From assembly GCA_016699425.1 (NCBI GenBank), contig CP064975.1:322979-386978 (forward strand): a stretch of DNA of 64,000 bases, given 5' to 3'. Shown here in pieces: positions 54,146-63,899 of this stretch. The DNA comes from Candidatus Moraniibacteriota bacterium. Lineage in GTDB: Bacteria; Patescibacteriota; Minisyncoccia; Moranbacterales; UBA1568. Numbering within the stretch: position 1 is the first letter of the stretch; the number at the start of each line of letters is the position of its first letter. Under the pieces are notes generated by a model, which did no database searches, had not been told where the DNA came from, and saw only the letters and a program-made list of their open reading frames with translations. The position numbers and the translations under genes were made by a program.

Positions 54146-55989
54146 ATGCCCCGCTCCCTTCTCATCTTCCTCGCTCTCTTCATTCTCGCTACCACGACCC
54201 TCTCCCTCGTCCCCACCACGTCTCTCCACGCAGGCCTCATTCCTTGTGGCCTCTCCACCCCAGACCCCGATATCCTCGCTAGTACGGATCCTACTCAAGG
54301 CACATCCCGTTGCACCCTCTGCCACCTGTTAGTTGGCTTAAGTCGCATCGTCGTCTTCCTCCGAAACATCATGGCCGCAGTCGCGGTCGCCGTCTTGGTC
54401 GCGATGGCCATCATCTACCTCACCTCAGGGGGGAATGAAGGTCGCATGACCTTTGCCAAAGGAGGCATGTTCGCGGCTTTGATTGGACTCGGTGTCGTCC
54501 TCTTAGCCTGGGTCACGGTCAACTTCATCTTGACGCTTCCCATCATCAATACTACAACCGGTCTCATCCGTACCGGTTGGGATACGGTGAGCTGTAGTAC
54601 CACATCCCTCTCGACGGGAGCGGTGGCTACAACCACCCCCACCCCTAGTACGGGCGGAGGTGGAGCGAGTGGCACGGGTGGAGGCCTGGGAGGTGGAGGT
54701 GATCTCGTCACCTTGCCCAGAGATACATCCGGCGCGGTCATTGTTACTCCCATCGCTTCGCCAGCGAGCCTTGGTGTGACGGCTCCGTCTGCTTCGAGTG
54801 CAATCCTCTCATGGGGAGCAGTGCCTGGAGCGACCGGGTATGAGGTGGAACGCTGTACGGGACTGACCTGTACTGTCTTTACCTCCTGGGTACGTCCAAT
54901 ACCACGAGTTTTACCGACACCACCCTCACTCCCGGTACCAGCTATTCCTACCATGTCCGCGCGGTCACCTCAGCTGGAGTCTCAACCTGGTCGAATGTGG
55001 TGGGAGTGACGACACCTGCCAATCCTGGGAGTACGCCCGGGACCGGGGCGATGTGTCCCGATCCGGGGTCTCTCCAATTCCTGTATGGCAAGAGCTGGGT
55101 GAGTGATTTCACCCAAGCCGGCAACAACCTGCCCGTCCGTTGGGAAGTGAGTGTCGATGCCAACAACCAGCTCACCTATCGAGTCACCTGTCGGATGAGT
55201 CTCCTCGGCTGGGGAGCTGATCTGTCCCCTCAGATCACCGTCCCCATTGGGAGTGTCACAGGCAGCTCCTTCCAGGTCTTGAGTCCAGGGACCCAACGCC
55301 TGACGAATGCTCAGGGCAACTACTGTGAAGTGACCCTCAATGCTTCGATCCTTTCCTACACCCCAAGGACGAGTGCCACGATGACCTTCCAGGGGCAGAA
55401 CTTTGTCACGGGGGCGTGTTCGGGAGGGAGTGGGAGTGATGGGGGTGGAGGGACGGGGGGAACCAACTCCTGCTCGGCTGGTGCGCCAGGGGATCCGGGG
55501 TTTGGGAGTGGGACGTGGATCCCGAGTGGGATGACCAATGTGCGCGTCTTTGACCAGTCAGATGGCGGCAGTTACTCTCAAATTCCCGGTTGTGTCAATG
55601 GTGCCTTCGCCGCGGCCACGTGCCCTGCCACCTATAATGGGTATTCATTGAAAGGCGGTTCTGTAGCGGCGATTCGCTATATTGCTACCGGTCCGATTCC
55701 GACGACGGGACAAAATATCACACTGTTCGGTCATACTGGACTCGGTATTCCGGTCTCCACTACGGTTTCACTTTCCACCAAACCAAATGATTTCTCAAAT
55801 CCTCTCTGCACAAAGACCGGGGCAGGCGGAACCACACCGCCACTTACTATCGGTGGGACAGGTTGTCCCGTGGTCCCCGGCAGCCTCTACTACTACAATA
55901 TCAAGCCCAGTGCGGACTGTCTTGGCGGGAGTTGTACCTACAAAATCCAGGAACCAACTTTCCTCCAAGGCACCACGGTTTCCTGCTGA
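54146..55989 (+). pseudogene. TrbC/VirB2-like pilin module fused to Gly/Thr linker, FN3 domain and Cys-rich C-terminal domain. Interrupted by a frameshift at a GGG run near 54888
   Basis: Signal peptide, then PCG...C.LCHL...IYLTSGGN...AW two-helix pilin-like core. The FN3 domain (YEVERCTGLTC...) continues in another frame (TSNTTSFTDTTLTPGTSYSYHVRAVTSAGVSTWSNV). The second frame opens at 54844 and the first closes at 55009. Confidence 0.5.
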
Positions 55990-56093
55990 TGCTCTCATCC
56001 CGCCTGAAGGGCTTATCGAGATAGTCTACAGTCATCGGTTATATATCTATTCGGTAGGACAGAGCGACACGAAAGCAGATATTTCCCAAGAAG

Positions 56094-58247
56094 CTAGCTC
56101 CCATTCGGATAATAGATCTTCAAGAGATCCGCCGCGGTTGTAGGTTTGAAGAGGAGATTGTCGCTCCCTTTCTCTTTTGAATACTTGAAGGTCATACCGC
56201 CATCCACGATTCGGACTTCGACATCACTTTGCTTTTTCTTCTTGGCTTTGGTCTCGGATATTTTCTTGCCGGTCTTCTTGTCATAGTAGACGATTTCCGG
56301 CGTGCCACCGGCGATATCGCTCGGTGCGAGTGTGCCGTCGTCGGCTGACTCACGCGTATACGGGGTAAATGGGCTGGGCGGGTATTTCTCGAGCAGCGTA
56401 TCCATCATACTGCGCCACATCGGTGCGGCCGTATAAATGCCGTCGGATCCAGCTTCCATCGCGGTGTTGTCATTGTTGCCCGTCCAGACCCCGAGGGCGA
56501 CATCGCGCGTATAGCCGACCGTCCAGGCATCGCGGAAATTCTGCGTCGTGCCAGTCTTGGCCGCGACACCGGTCCCAGCAGGGAAGGCGATCGGGCTCGA
56601 TGATCCGAACACGGGCGCCCGAGCGGCATTATCCGAGAGGATGGAGCTAATCTGATTGGTGATATTGGCCCCGATGACCGTATCCGAATTGGTGATCCGC
56701 TTGTGCAAGTTGCGGTCTTCACGGTCGACGACGCGCAGGATGCCATCGGTTGGAACACGCTTGCCTTCCTGGCCAAAGACGCCGAATGCGCTGGTGAGAT
56801 CGACGAGCTTCACTTCCGCTCCGCCGAGGACGAGCGCGAGTCCGTAGCGGCTGGGCTCAGTCAGAGTGGTGATACCCATCGCGGTCGCGAGGGCGATCGT
56901 CTCGGGGATGCCGGCGAGATAGAGTGTGGAGACGGCTGGGATATTGAGCGACTGAGAGAGGGCAGCCCGCATCGTGATAAGTCCTCGGAAATGACCGTCA
57001 TAATTGTTCGGGATGTATTCGGTGCCGGTTCCATCTGCACCGAAGTTGATCGGGACGTCATAGATCCGTGTCTCGGGCGTGAAGCCTTTTGCGAAGGCCG
57101 TCGCATAGGCGAAGGGTTTAAAAGTCGAGCCGGGTTGACGCTTCTCGATAGCGACGTTCACTTGGCCGTCGATGTTCGTATCGAAATAATCCCGGCTGCC
57201 CACCATGGCGAGAATCTCGCCGTCTTTCGGTGTGAGGGCAACGAGCGCTCCGTTCGAAGCGTCACGAGCGAAATTTTTCTTCACCCCTTCGGCAACAATT
57301 TTTTCAGCAGCATGTTGCAGGTCGAGGTCGATCGAGGTGTACACATTAAACCCTTCTGTTTCGAGTACTTCCTGATTGAACTCTTTCTTCAGCTGATCGA
57401 GGATGAAAAAGACAAAATGCGGAGCCTGAATCTTCCGTTCGAGGGGCACCACTTTCTCGAGTGTCTTGACGGCCAAGGCGGTCTCCATATCTGGAGTCGA
57501 GATCGTACCGAGCTCGTGCATTTTGTGGAGGATGGTTTCCTTCCTAGTGATCAGAGCTTTCTGACTCTTGCCATATGGCGAATACAGGGTCGGTGCATTG
57601 GGGAGTGCGGCGAGGAGGGCAGCCTCGTCAGTCGTGAGGTCGCTGGCATGCTTGTCGAAAAATGTCTGAGCTGCCGCCTCGATACCGTACGCATTCGAGC
57701 CGTAGGGGACGGTGTTGAGATAAAGGTCGAGAATCTCTTCTTTGGAAAGCGACTTTTCGATCTTGATTGCGAGGACAATCTCGCGCACCTTGCGGATCCA
57801 GGTTCGCTCGCGGGTGAGAAAGAGGGCTCGGGCAAGTTGTTGCGTGATGGTCGAGGCGCCCTGTGAGATGTCTTGGTGTTGGACATTGACGATGGCAGCG
57901 CGAAGGATGGCGATGAGATCGATCCCTGGATGAGTGAAGAAATGTGCGTCTTCGGCCGCGACGGTCGCCTGGCGGATCGTTTCCGGTATCTCATCGTGTG
58001 TGACGACACGACGGTTCTCTTCGCCGTGGACCGCATAGAGAATTTGTTTCCCGGTCCGATCATAGAGCAGCGTCGTTTCCTTCAGCGGATGTTTGTCGAG
58101 ATTGAGCGTCTCGGCGGCATCGAAATAGTAAATAGAAAAACCGCCGACGACGAGGCCGAGTGAGAGAATGAGAACGACCCAAGTCGTCTGGCGGACCAGC
58201 CATTGGAGGAAAGAAAAGAGGTTGGGCATGGATTCATTATACGGCAT
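56094..58247 (-). CDS. mrcA: Class A penicillin-binding protein (PBP1A, glycosyltransferase + transpeptidase)
   Basis: N-terminal TM, GT51 motifs (EDAHFFTHPGID, RQATITQQL) and transpeptidase motifs (S-x-x-K region, KTGTT). Confidence 0.85.
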   Translation of the reverse strand: MPYNESMPNLFSFLQWLVRQTTWVVLILSLGLVVGGFSIYYFDAAETLNLDKHPLKETTLLYDRTGKQILYAVHGEENRRVVTHDEIPETIRQATVAAEDAHFFTHPGIDLIAILRAAIVNVQHQDISQGASTITQQLARALFLTRERTWIRKVREIVLAIKIEKSLSKEEILDLYLNTVPYGSNAYGIEAAAQTFFDKHASDLTTDEAALLAALPNAPTLYSPYGKSQKALITRKETILHKMHELGTISTPDMETALAVKTLEKVVPLERKIQAPHFVFFILDQLKKEFNQEVLETEGFNVYTSIDLDLQHAAEKIVAEGVKKNFARDASNGALVALTPKDGEILAMVGSRDYFDTNIDGQVNVAIEKRQPGSTFKPFAYATAFAKGFTPETRIYDVPINFGADGTGTEYIPNNYDGHFRGLITMRAALSQSLNIPAVSTLYLAGIPETIALATAMGITTLTEPSRYGLALVLGGAEVKLVDLTSAFGVFGQEGKRVPTDGILRVVDREDRNLHKRITNSDTVIGANITNQISSILSDNAARAPVFGSSSPIAFPAGTGVAAKTGTTQNFRDAWTVGYTRDVALGVWTGNNDNTAMEAGSDGIYTAAPMWRSMMDTLLEKYPPSPFTPYTRESADDGTLAPSDIAGGTPEIVYYDKKTGKKISETKAKKKKQSDVEVRIVDGGMTFKYSKEKGSDNLLFKPTTAADLLKIYYPNGS

Positions 58248-58342
58248 GGCAGGCGCAATGTTGTGTTCCCCGTAGGACGCATCAGTGAACCGCGTTTCAT
58301 CTGCTTTGTCAATGTGTCGCTTTCCCTGTAGTCTAGGGACAT

Positions 58343-58861
58343 ATGCACTTACCAGTGAACAAATTATTGTGTCAGATGCTCGGCTTGTTCGGTTTTCCAG
58401 TGGTCTGGGAGGTTTCGGTTGGGAGCGTGCTGTGCCGGCTGACTCCTGATGGGACGCGGGAATACCTCATTCTCCAGTATCCGAGCGGTCACTTCGACTT
58501 TCCCAAAGGTCACATGGAAGCGGGGGAAACAGAAGAGGACACACTCCGCCGGGAGACGGCGGAAGAGACCGGTATCAGGGACATTCAAGTCTATCCAAAG
58601 CGGGTGAGTATCCGCTATTTCTATGAGGCTCGGGGCAATGAGTATGAGCGACGCAAGCGCGAAGGGCGTGGTACCTGGATTTTCAAAATTGTCCATTTCT
58701 ATCCTGCTCGGGCGCTTACTTCGACCGAAGTGGTGATTTCCCATGAGCATATTGGTTTCCTCTGGCTTCCATTTGAAGCTGCACTTGCCAAAGTTACTTT
58801 TAGTAATGCCAAGCGTGTCCTCCAGTCGACGGAAGAATATCTACAGCGACAAAAGGTATAG
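58343..58861 (+). CDS. NUDIX hydrolase
   Basis: Nudix box GHMEAGETEEDTLRRETAEETGI. Start may be 58376. Confidence 0.7.
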   Translation: MHLPVNKLLCQMLGLFGFPVVWEVSVGSVLCRLTPDGTREYLILQYPSGHFDFPKGHMEAGETEEDTLRRETAEETGIRDIQVYPKRVSIRYFYEARGNEYERRKREGRGTWIFKIVHFYPARALTSTEVVISHEHIGFLWLPFEAALAKVTFSNAKRVLQSTEEYLQRQKV

Positions 58862-58904
58862 CCTTTCCCTTTGGTGGAAATTCTGCTACCGTAGCCAACT
58901 ACCT

Positions 58905-60608
58905 ATGCTCTCCGTCAAACGCATCAGAAAAAGTTTTGGCACGCGCCGTCTCCTCCACGAGGTGTCGTTCAATCTGACTCGTGGGCAGCGGATGGCCTTG
59001 GTCGGCGAAAATGGCACGGGCAAATCAACCTTGCTCAAGATCATTGCTGGGATTGAATCAGCCGACAAGGGTCATGTGGTCCTTGCCAAGGGGGTGCTCG
59101 TCGGCTATCTGGCCCAAGAGACGATCGCGACGGGCGATGAAACTGCCTTGGAATTCCTCTATCAGGCAACCGGTATCAGTGCTCTGGAGACCGAGATGGC
59201 CGAACTCGAACCAGAGATTGATCAACCAACTCGCCTGGCGCAGTATGAGGCACTCCGCGAGCATTTCGAGCGGCTGGGTGGCTATGCCTTCCTTGATCGG
59301 GCCAAGGGCATCCTGGATGGGCTGGCGCTTGATTCACTTGACTTACATCGTTCGTTGGATACTTTTTCGGGCGGTGAGAAACGAAAGCTCGCTTTGGCCG
59401 CGGTGCTCCTCTCAGGCGTCGATCTCCTCCTCCTGGATGAGCCGACGAATAATCTCGACCTGGTAGCACTTCTCTGGCTCGAGGCCTATCTGGTGCGTTC
59501 CGGTGCGACATTATTGGTAGCTTCGCATGACCGGACTTTCCTCGACCATGTCGTTGATCGAGTGCTCGCCATCGATCCGGTGAAGCATGGGGTCGTGCTC
59601 TACAGCGGCAACTGGTCCGTGTATGCCGAGACCAAGGCACATGCCCTCCGCCGGGCCAAGGAACTCTATGGTGCGCAGGAACGTGAGCGAGAACGGGTCG
59701 TGGCTTCGGCGGCCGAGAAGATTCACTGGGCGGATGCGACGAAGAAAAAGCGCGGTCCGGATCGCGACAAGCTCGCGGCCAATTACAAGAAAGAGCGGGC
59801 GATCAAGAAATTCACCGGTTCGGCCAAAGCGCTTGAAGGCAGATTGGTACGGCTTAATGATCACGAGAAGCCCTTTGAACGGCCGCCACTCGAGTTCACG
59901 CTCGTTCCAGGTGCCAAGACGGTCCCGCCGACGATTACACTCTCACGCGTCTCCATCGGGTATGAAAAAAAGCAGCCGGTTGCCAAGGGCATCGTGTTGC
60001 GCCTCCCGTTCCGTTCGCGGACGGTCATCCTCGGAGCCAACGGTTCAGGCAAGTCGACACTCGTGAAGACCATCATGGGACTGATACCACCTTTGGTTGG
60101 CACGGTGCGCATTGGTAAAGGGGCGGTCTTTGGGGACTTGATGCAGGAAGGGGAAAACCTCCCGCTCGCCGAGACAGCCATCACGTATTTTGCGAAACGC
60201 TTCCGACTGTATGAGCGAAGCGATGTGCTTGTTCTCCTCTCTCATTTCGGTTTCGTCCCTGACGATGCGGATGTCAAGATCGGACGGCTTAGCCCTGGCG
60301 AACGCGTCCGACTGGTGCTCGCGTCGCTGGTCCATGCCAATGCCAATATTCTCATCCTGGATGAACCGACGAATCATCTCGACCTGGAAGCGATCGAGGC
60401 CCTGGAAGACGCCCTGACGGCCTATCCCGGGACTGTCATTCTCATCACGCACGATCGAGCTTTCCTCTCGCATGTGCACCTCGACCAGGCCTTCCTCCTC
60501 GCGAATGGTCAGTTGGAATCCATCCCGGACTATGCGGCATTTGCCTTGCGTCTGGAGCGTGAGGCCAAACGCCGTCTGAAGCGTCTCGAAGAGCGGCTGG
60601 GGAAATAA
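58905..60608 (+). CDS. ABC-F family ATPase (tandem ABC domains, no TM)
   Basis: Two Walker A motifs (GENGTGKST, GANGSGKST), two signature motifs (FSGGEKRKLALAA, LSPGERVRLVLAS), linker. Start at ORF residue 55. Confidence 0.85.
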   Translation: MLSVKRIRKSFGTRRLLHEVSFNLTRGQRMALVGENGTGKSTLLKIIAGIESADKGHVVLAKGVLVGYLAQETIATGDETALEFLYQATGISALETEMAELEPEIDQPTRLAQYEALREHFERLGGYAFLDRAKGILDGLALDSLDLHRSLDTFSGGEKRKLALAAVLLSGVDLLLLDEPTNNLDLVALLWLEAYLVRSGATLLVASHDRTFLDHVVDRVLAIDPVKHGVVLYSGNWSVYAETKAHALRRAKELYGAQERERERVVASAAEKIHWADATKKKRGPDRDKLAANYKKERAIKKFTGSAKALEGRLVRLNDHEKPFERPPLEFTLVPGAKTVPPTITLSRVSIGYEKKQPVAKGIVLRLPFRSRTVILGANGSGKSTLVKTIMGLIPPLVGTVRIGKGAVFGDLMQEGENLPLAETAITYFAKRFRLYERSDVLVLLSHFGFVPDDADVKIGRLSPGERVRLVLASLVHANANILILDEPTNHLDLEAIEALEDALTAYPGTVILITHDRAFLSHVHLDQAFLLANGQLESIPDYAAFALRLEREAKRRLKRLEERLGK

Positions 60609-60668
60609 ACAATATGAAATATAACGAGTAGTTTCCTACTTCGTCCCAGAGCCTCAGCAAAATATTTT

Positions 60669-61124
60669 ATGAAACTTTCTGAACATCTTTTGGCAAGTCC
60701 TGTCTTACTTGGTCTCTATCCGATAACGATATCAGAGAATGTTATTATCGCAATTGCCGCCTCTATTTTAATCGATCTCGATCATGTACAACTCATCATA
60801 GAAGAGAAGGCGTACACGCTCGGGGGAATCAAGAGATTAAATGAAAATATTTATAAACCAACGATACAGGGTAGACCCAACAGAATGTATGTCGACATTA
60901 TATATTTGTTTCACACGGTAGAGTTTAATGCCTTACTGCTTTTTTTGTCTGCGTATTATCCATTCCTAAAATACGTCATTGTGGGATTTATATTCCACAT
61001 TACGTGTGACATTCTTCATCATCGGTCACATGGATTACCCGTTGTCCGGTGGCTTTTCCTGACTAGCTGGATAAAGTATACCTTCGTCGACAAGAAGAGA
61101 CTGGCACGGGAACTAACCTCCTAG
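60669..61124 (+). CDS. Membrane-bound metal-dependent hydrolase-like protein (DUF457/YdjM-like, tentative)
   Basis: 4 TM with ILIDLDH and CDILHH D/H-rich motifs. Gene and flanks are much more AT-rich than their surroundings. Confidence 0.35.
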   Translation: MKLSEHLLASPVLLGLYPITISENVIIAIAASILIDLDHVQLIIEEKAYTLGGIKRLNENIYKPTIQGRPNRMYVDIIYLFHTVEFNALLLFLSAYYPFLKYVIVGFIFHITCDILHHRSHGLPVVRWLFLTSWIKYTFVDKKRLARELTS

Positions 61125-61232
61125 AATGAATATTGGGGACTATGTATTTCTCAGTAAGGTAGCCTCACTTTGTCCCGGAGTCATAGTCAAAAAACGGTTG
61201 TTTTTCAGCGAAAATTGATGGAATCCACTGGC

Positions 61233-61261
61233 TTGCCTAAGCCATTTTCTTCCGATATACT
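61233..61261 (+). promoter_or_regulatory. Sigma70-like promoter TTGCCT-17-TATACT. Predicts near-leaderless secD
   Basis: The -10 element ends 9 nt before the secD ATG at 61271. TATACTGAAG matches the recurring -10 theme. Confidence 0.45.
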
Positions 61262-61270
61262 GAAGACCAT

Positions 61271-62977
61271 ATGAACGCTATCAAGAAAATCCGCTTTCAA
61301 TTCGCGGGGGTCGTTCTCCTCGCACTGGTTTCCGGTCTTATTGCCTATCCGAAACTCGTTTCCTTTGCCCCGCCGGTCGAGCGCTTTTTCTCGCAGGCAA
61401 AAGTCAATCTCGGTCTGGATCTGCAAGGAGGCATTCACTTGGAATATGCAGCGGATACAACGGATCTCGACACGAGCAAGCGAGATGATGCGTTGCAGGC
61501 GGCCGTCGATGTCATTGAACGACGAGTCAATGCGTTCGGCGTGGGCGAACCAGTCGTGCAGCTTTCGCGGTCGGGCAGTGAGAGTCGGATCATCGTGGAA
61601 CTTCCTGGTGTGAAGGACGTCGAAGAAGCGAAGTCGATGATCAAGGAGACGCCATTCCTTGAATTCCGCGAACTGGCTGGTCCGGAAGCGGAGGCACAAA
61701 TTGATGCAGCGAATGCACAGTCACAGGAAACCGCGGGCAAGATCCTCGAGAACGCGCTGGCGGGCAGTGATTTCACCGAACTCGCCAAGACCTGGAGCCG
61801 GGATCCGGGCGCCAAGGAGAATGGGGGCGAACTCGGCTTTGCCAAGTCAGGGAGCTATGTACCCGAATTTGATGCCGTTGCCTTTGACCCGAACTTTGCA
61901 ACAGGATCCGTGCATCCTGCGCTTGTGGAGACGACGTTCGGCTGGCATATCCTGAAGAAACTCGATGAGCGATCTACCTCGGCGGCAGACGGGGGTGAAG
62001 GAGAAGAACGTGAAGTGAACATCGCCCACATTTTGTTCCCGAAGTATGCGATCGAAGACTTTCCTCAGCTCCGCTACAAAGCGACGGGTTTGTCGGGGAA
62101 AAATCTGAAAGACGTGTACGTCGATTATCAGTCACAGGGCGTCGGGTCGCCGCAGATTGCACTCCGTTTTGACGAGGAGGGGACGAGGCTCTTCGCTGAT
62201 ATCACTTCGCGTAATGTCGGCAAGCCCGTGGCGATCTTCATTGATGGCGAAGTGGTGAGTCAGCCGACGGTACAGGCGGAAATTCGCGATGGTCAGGCGG
62301 TTATCACGAGCAATTTCACCCTGGCCCAAGCCAATGCAGAGGTGAAGCGGTTCAATGAAGGGGCGCTGCCGGTGCCGATCACACTCGTCTCGCAGCAGTC
62401 GATCGATGCATCACTTGGTCGCTCTGCCCTCGACCAGAGTGTCCGGGCGGGGATATATGGCCTCGCGGCGGTTTCTGTTTTCATGCTGCTTTTCTACCGC
62501 TTCCTCGGGTTCATCGCGGTCTTGGCCCTCCTCCTCTACTCGGCGATGCTTCTCGCGCTCTTCAAACTGTCGATCTTCACGCCGTTCCCCATCACCCTGA
62601 CCCTCTCTGGGATCGCGGGCTTCGTCTTGTCGATCGGTATCGCGGTCGATGCCAACGTGCTCATCTTTGAACGTACCCGCGAAGAGCTTTCATTTGGTAA
62701 ATCGATGCGCAAGGCTTTGCACGAAGGTTTCCGTCGGGCCTGGCCATCAATTCGGGACGGCCACTTCTCGACACTCATCACGACGATCATCCTCATCGGT
62801 ATGGGCACGGGCTTTGTGAAGGGCTTCGCGATCATCCTCGCCTTGGGCGTGCTCCTCTCTCTCTTCACCGCGGTCGTCCTCGTCCGGATCATGGTGAACT
62901 TCCTCTTTGCGGATTGGATGGAGAAACGTCCGTGGATACTTGTGACACCGAAAAAACTTGATACCCCGAAAAACTAA
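61271..62977 (+). CDS. secD: Protein translocase subunit SecD with an inserted PpiC/parvulin-type PPIase domain in the periplasmic P1 head
   Basis: SecD signatures LGLDLQGGIHLEY and RIIVELPGVKDVEEAKSMIKETPFLEFR. Between them and the rest of P1 lies DFTELAKTWSRDPGAKENGGELGFAKSGSYVPEFDAVAF...TTFGWHILKK, a clear parvulin signature (about nt 61700-61970). RND-type 6-TM C-terminal half. Confidence 0.8.
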   Translation: MNAIKKIRFQFAGVVLLALVSGLIAYPKLVSFAPPVERFFSQAKVNLGLDLQGGIHLEYAADTTDLDTSKRDDALQAAVDVIERRVNAFGVGEPVVQLSRSGSESRIIVELPGVKDVEEAKSMIKETPFLEFRELAGPEAEAQIDAANAQSQETAGKILENALAGSDFTELAKTWSRDPGAKENGGELGFAKSGSYVPEFDAVAFDPNFATGSVHPALVETTFGWHILKKLDERSTSAADGGEGEEREVNIAHILFPKYAIEDFPQLRYKATGLSGKNLKDVYVDYQSQGVGSPQIALRFDEEGTRLFADITSRNVGKPVAIFIDGEVVSQPTVQAEIRDGQAVITSNFTLAQANAEVKRFNEGALPVPITLVSQQSIDASLGRSALDQSVRAGIYGLAAVSVFMLLFYRFLGFIAVLALLLYSAMLLALFKLSIFTPFPITLTLSGIAGFVLSIGIAVDANVLIFERTREELSFGKSMRKALHEGFRRAWPSIRDGHFSTLITTIILIGMGTGFVKGFAIILALGVLLSLFTAVVLVRIMVNFLFADWMEKRPWILVTPKKLDTPKN

Positions 62978-62981
62978 GCCT

Positions 62982-63899
62982 ATGCAGCTCCCCATCATCC
63001 AGCAGCGCAAATACGCTTACGTCTTCTCAGGTCTTTTGACCCTGGCGAGTATCATCTGTATTGCCGGGTGGGGGTTGCGCCTGGGTATTGATTTCAAAGG
63101 TGGAACACTGATGGAAGTGCGTTTCACCGAGACAGCCGTGCCGACGGCGGATGTCGTCAGGGAGAAGCTGGGGGCGATGGAACTCCAAAGCCTCACGGTG
63201 CAACCGACGGCCGAGCGGGGGATGCTCTTGCGCTATCTGGCATCGGATGAAACGACGAATAGCCAGGTTTTGACGACCTTGAAAGGCATCGATCCGGCCG
63301 TCGAGCAGTTGCGCGTGGACTTCATCGGCGCTTCGGTTTCGAATCAGATGCAGTCACAGGCTTTCACGGGCACAGCGCTGGCGCTCCTCGGTATCGCGCT
63401 CTATGTCGCGTGGGCGTTCCGGCGGGTTTCGTATCCGGTGACGAGCTGGGAATACGGGGCGGGTGCTATCATCGCTCTGGCGCACGATATCATTATCACG
63501 ACCGGTGTTTTCAGTCTCCTGGGGCACTTCTCTGGTGTCGAAGTCGGGGTGCCGTTCATCGCGGCACTTCTCACCATCCTCGGCTACTCGGTCAATGACA
63601 CGATCGTCGTCTATGACCGGGTCCGAGAGAATCTCTTGCGCGCGCGAACCGGGACGGATTTCGAGGGAATCGTGAATCGCTCGCTGAACGAGACGCTCGT
63701 CCGTTCGGTGAACACCTCGCTCACGGTCATCATCGTCCTCATCGCGGTGGCGGTCTGGGGCGGGGAGAGCGTGCGCTGGTTCGCCGTCGCGCTCTTGGTC
63801 GGCGTCGGCTTCGGCACATACTCGTCGATCTTCGTCGCCTCGGCCCTCCTCGTCTCGCGTTTCAAGATGAAGTTTCCAAAATCAGTAACTAGTGTATAG
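62982..63899 (+). CDS. secF: Protein translocase subunit SecF
   Basis: GIDFKGGTLMEV..., 6 TM, GYSVNDTIVVYDRVREN conserved SecF motif. Start 5 nt after the secD stop. Confidence 0.85.
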   Translation: MQLPIIQQRKYAYVFSGLLTLASIICIAGWGLRLGIDFKGGTLMEVRFTETAVPTADVVREKLGAMELQSLTVQPTAERGMLLRYLASDETTNSQVLTTLKGIDPAVEQLRVDFIGASVSNQMQSQAFTGTALALLGIALYVAWAFRRVSYPVTSWEYGAGAIIALAHDIIITTGVFSLLGHFSGVEVGVPFIAALLTILGYSVNDTIVVYDRVRENLLRARTGTDFEGIVNRSLNETLVRSVNTSLTVIIVLIAVAVWGGESVRWFAVALLVGVGFGTYSSIFVASALLVSRFKMKFPKSVTSV

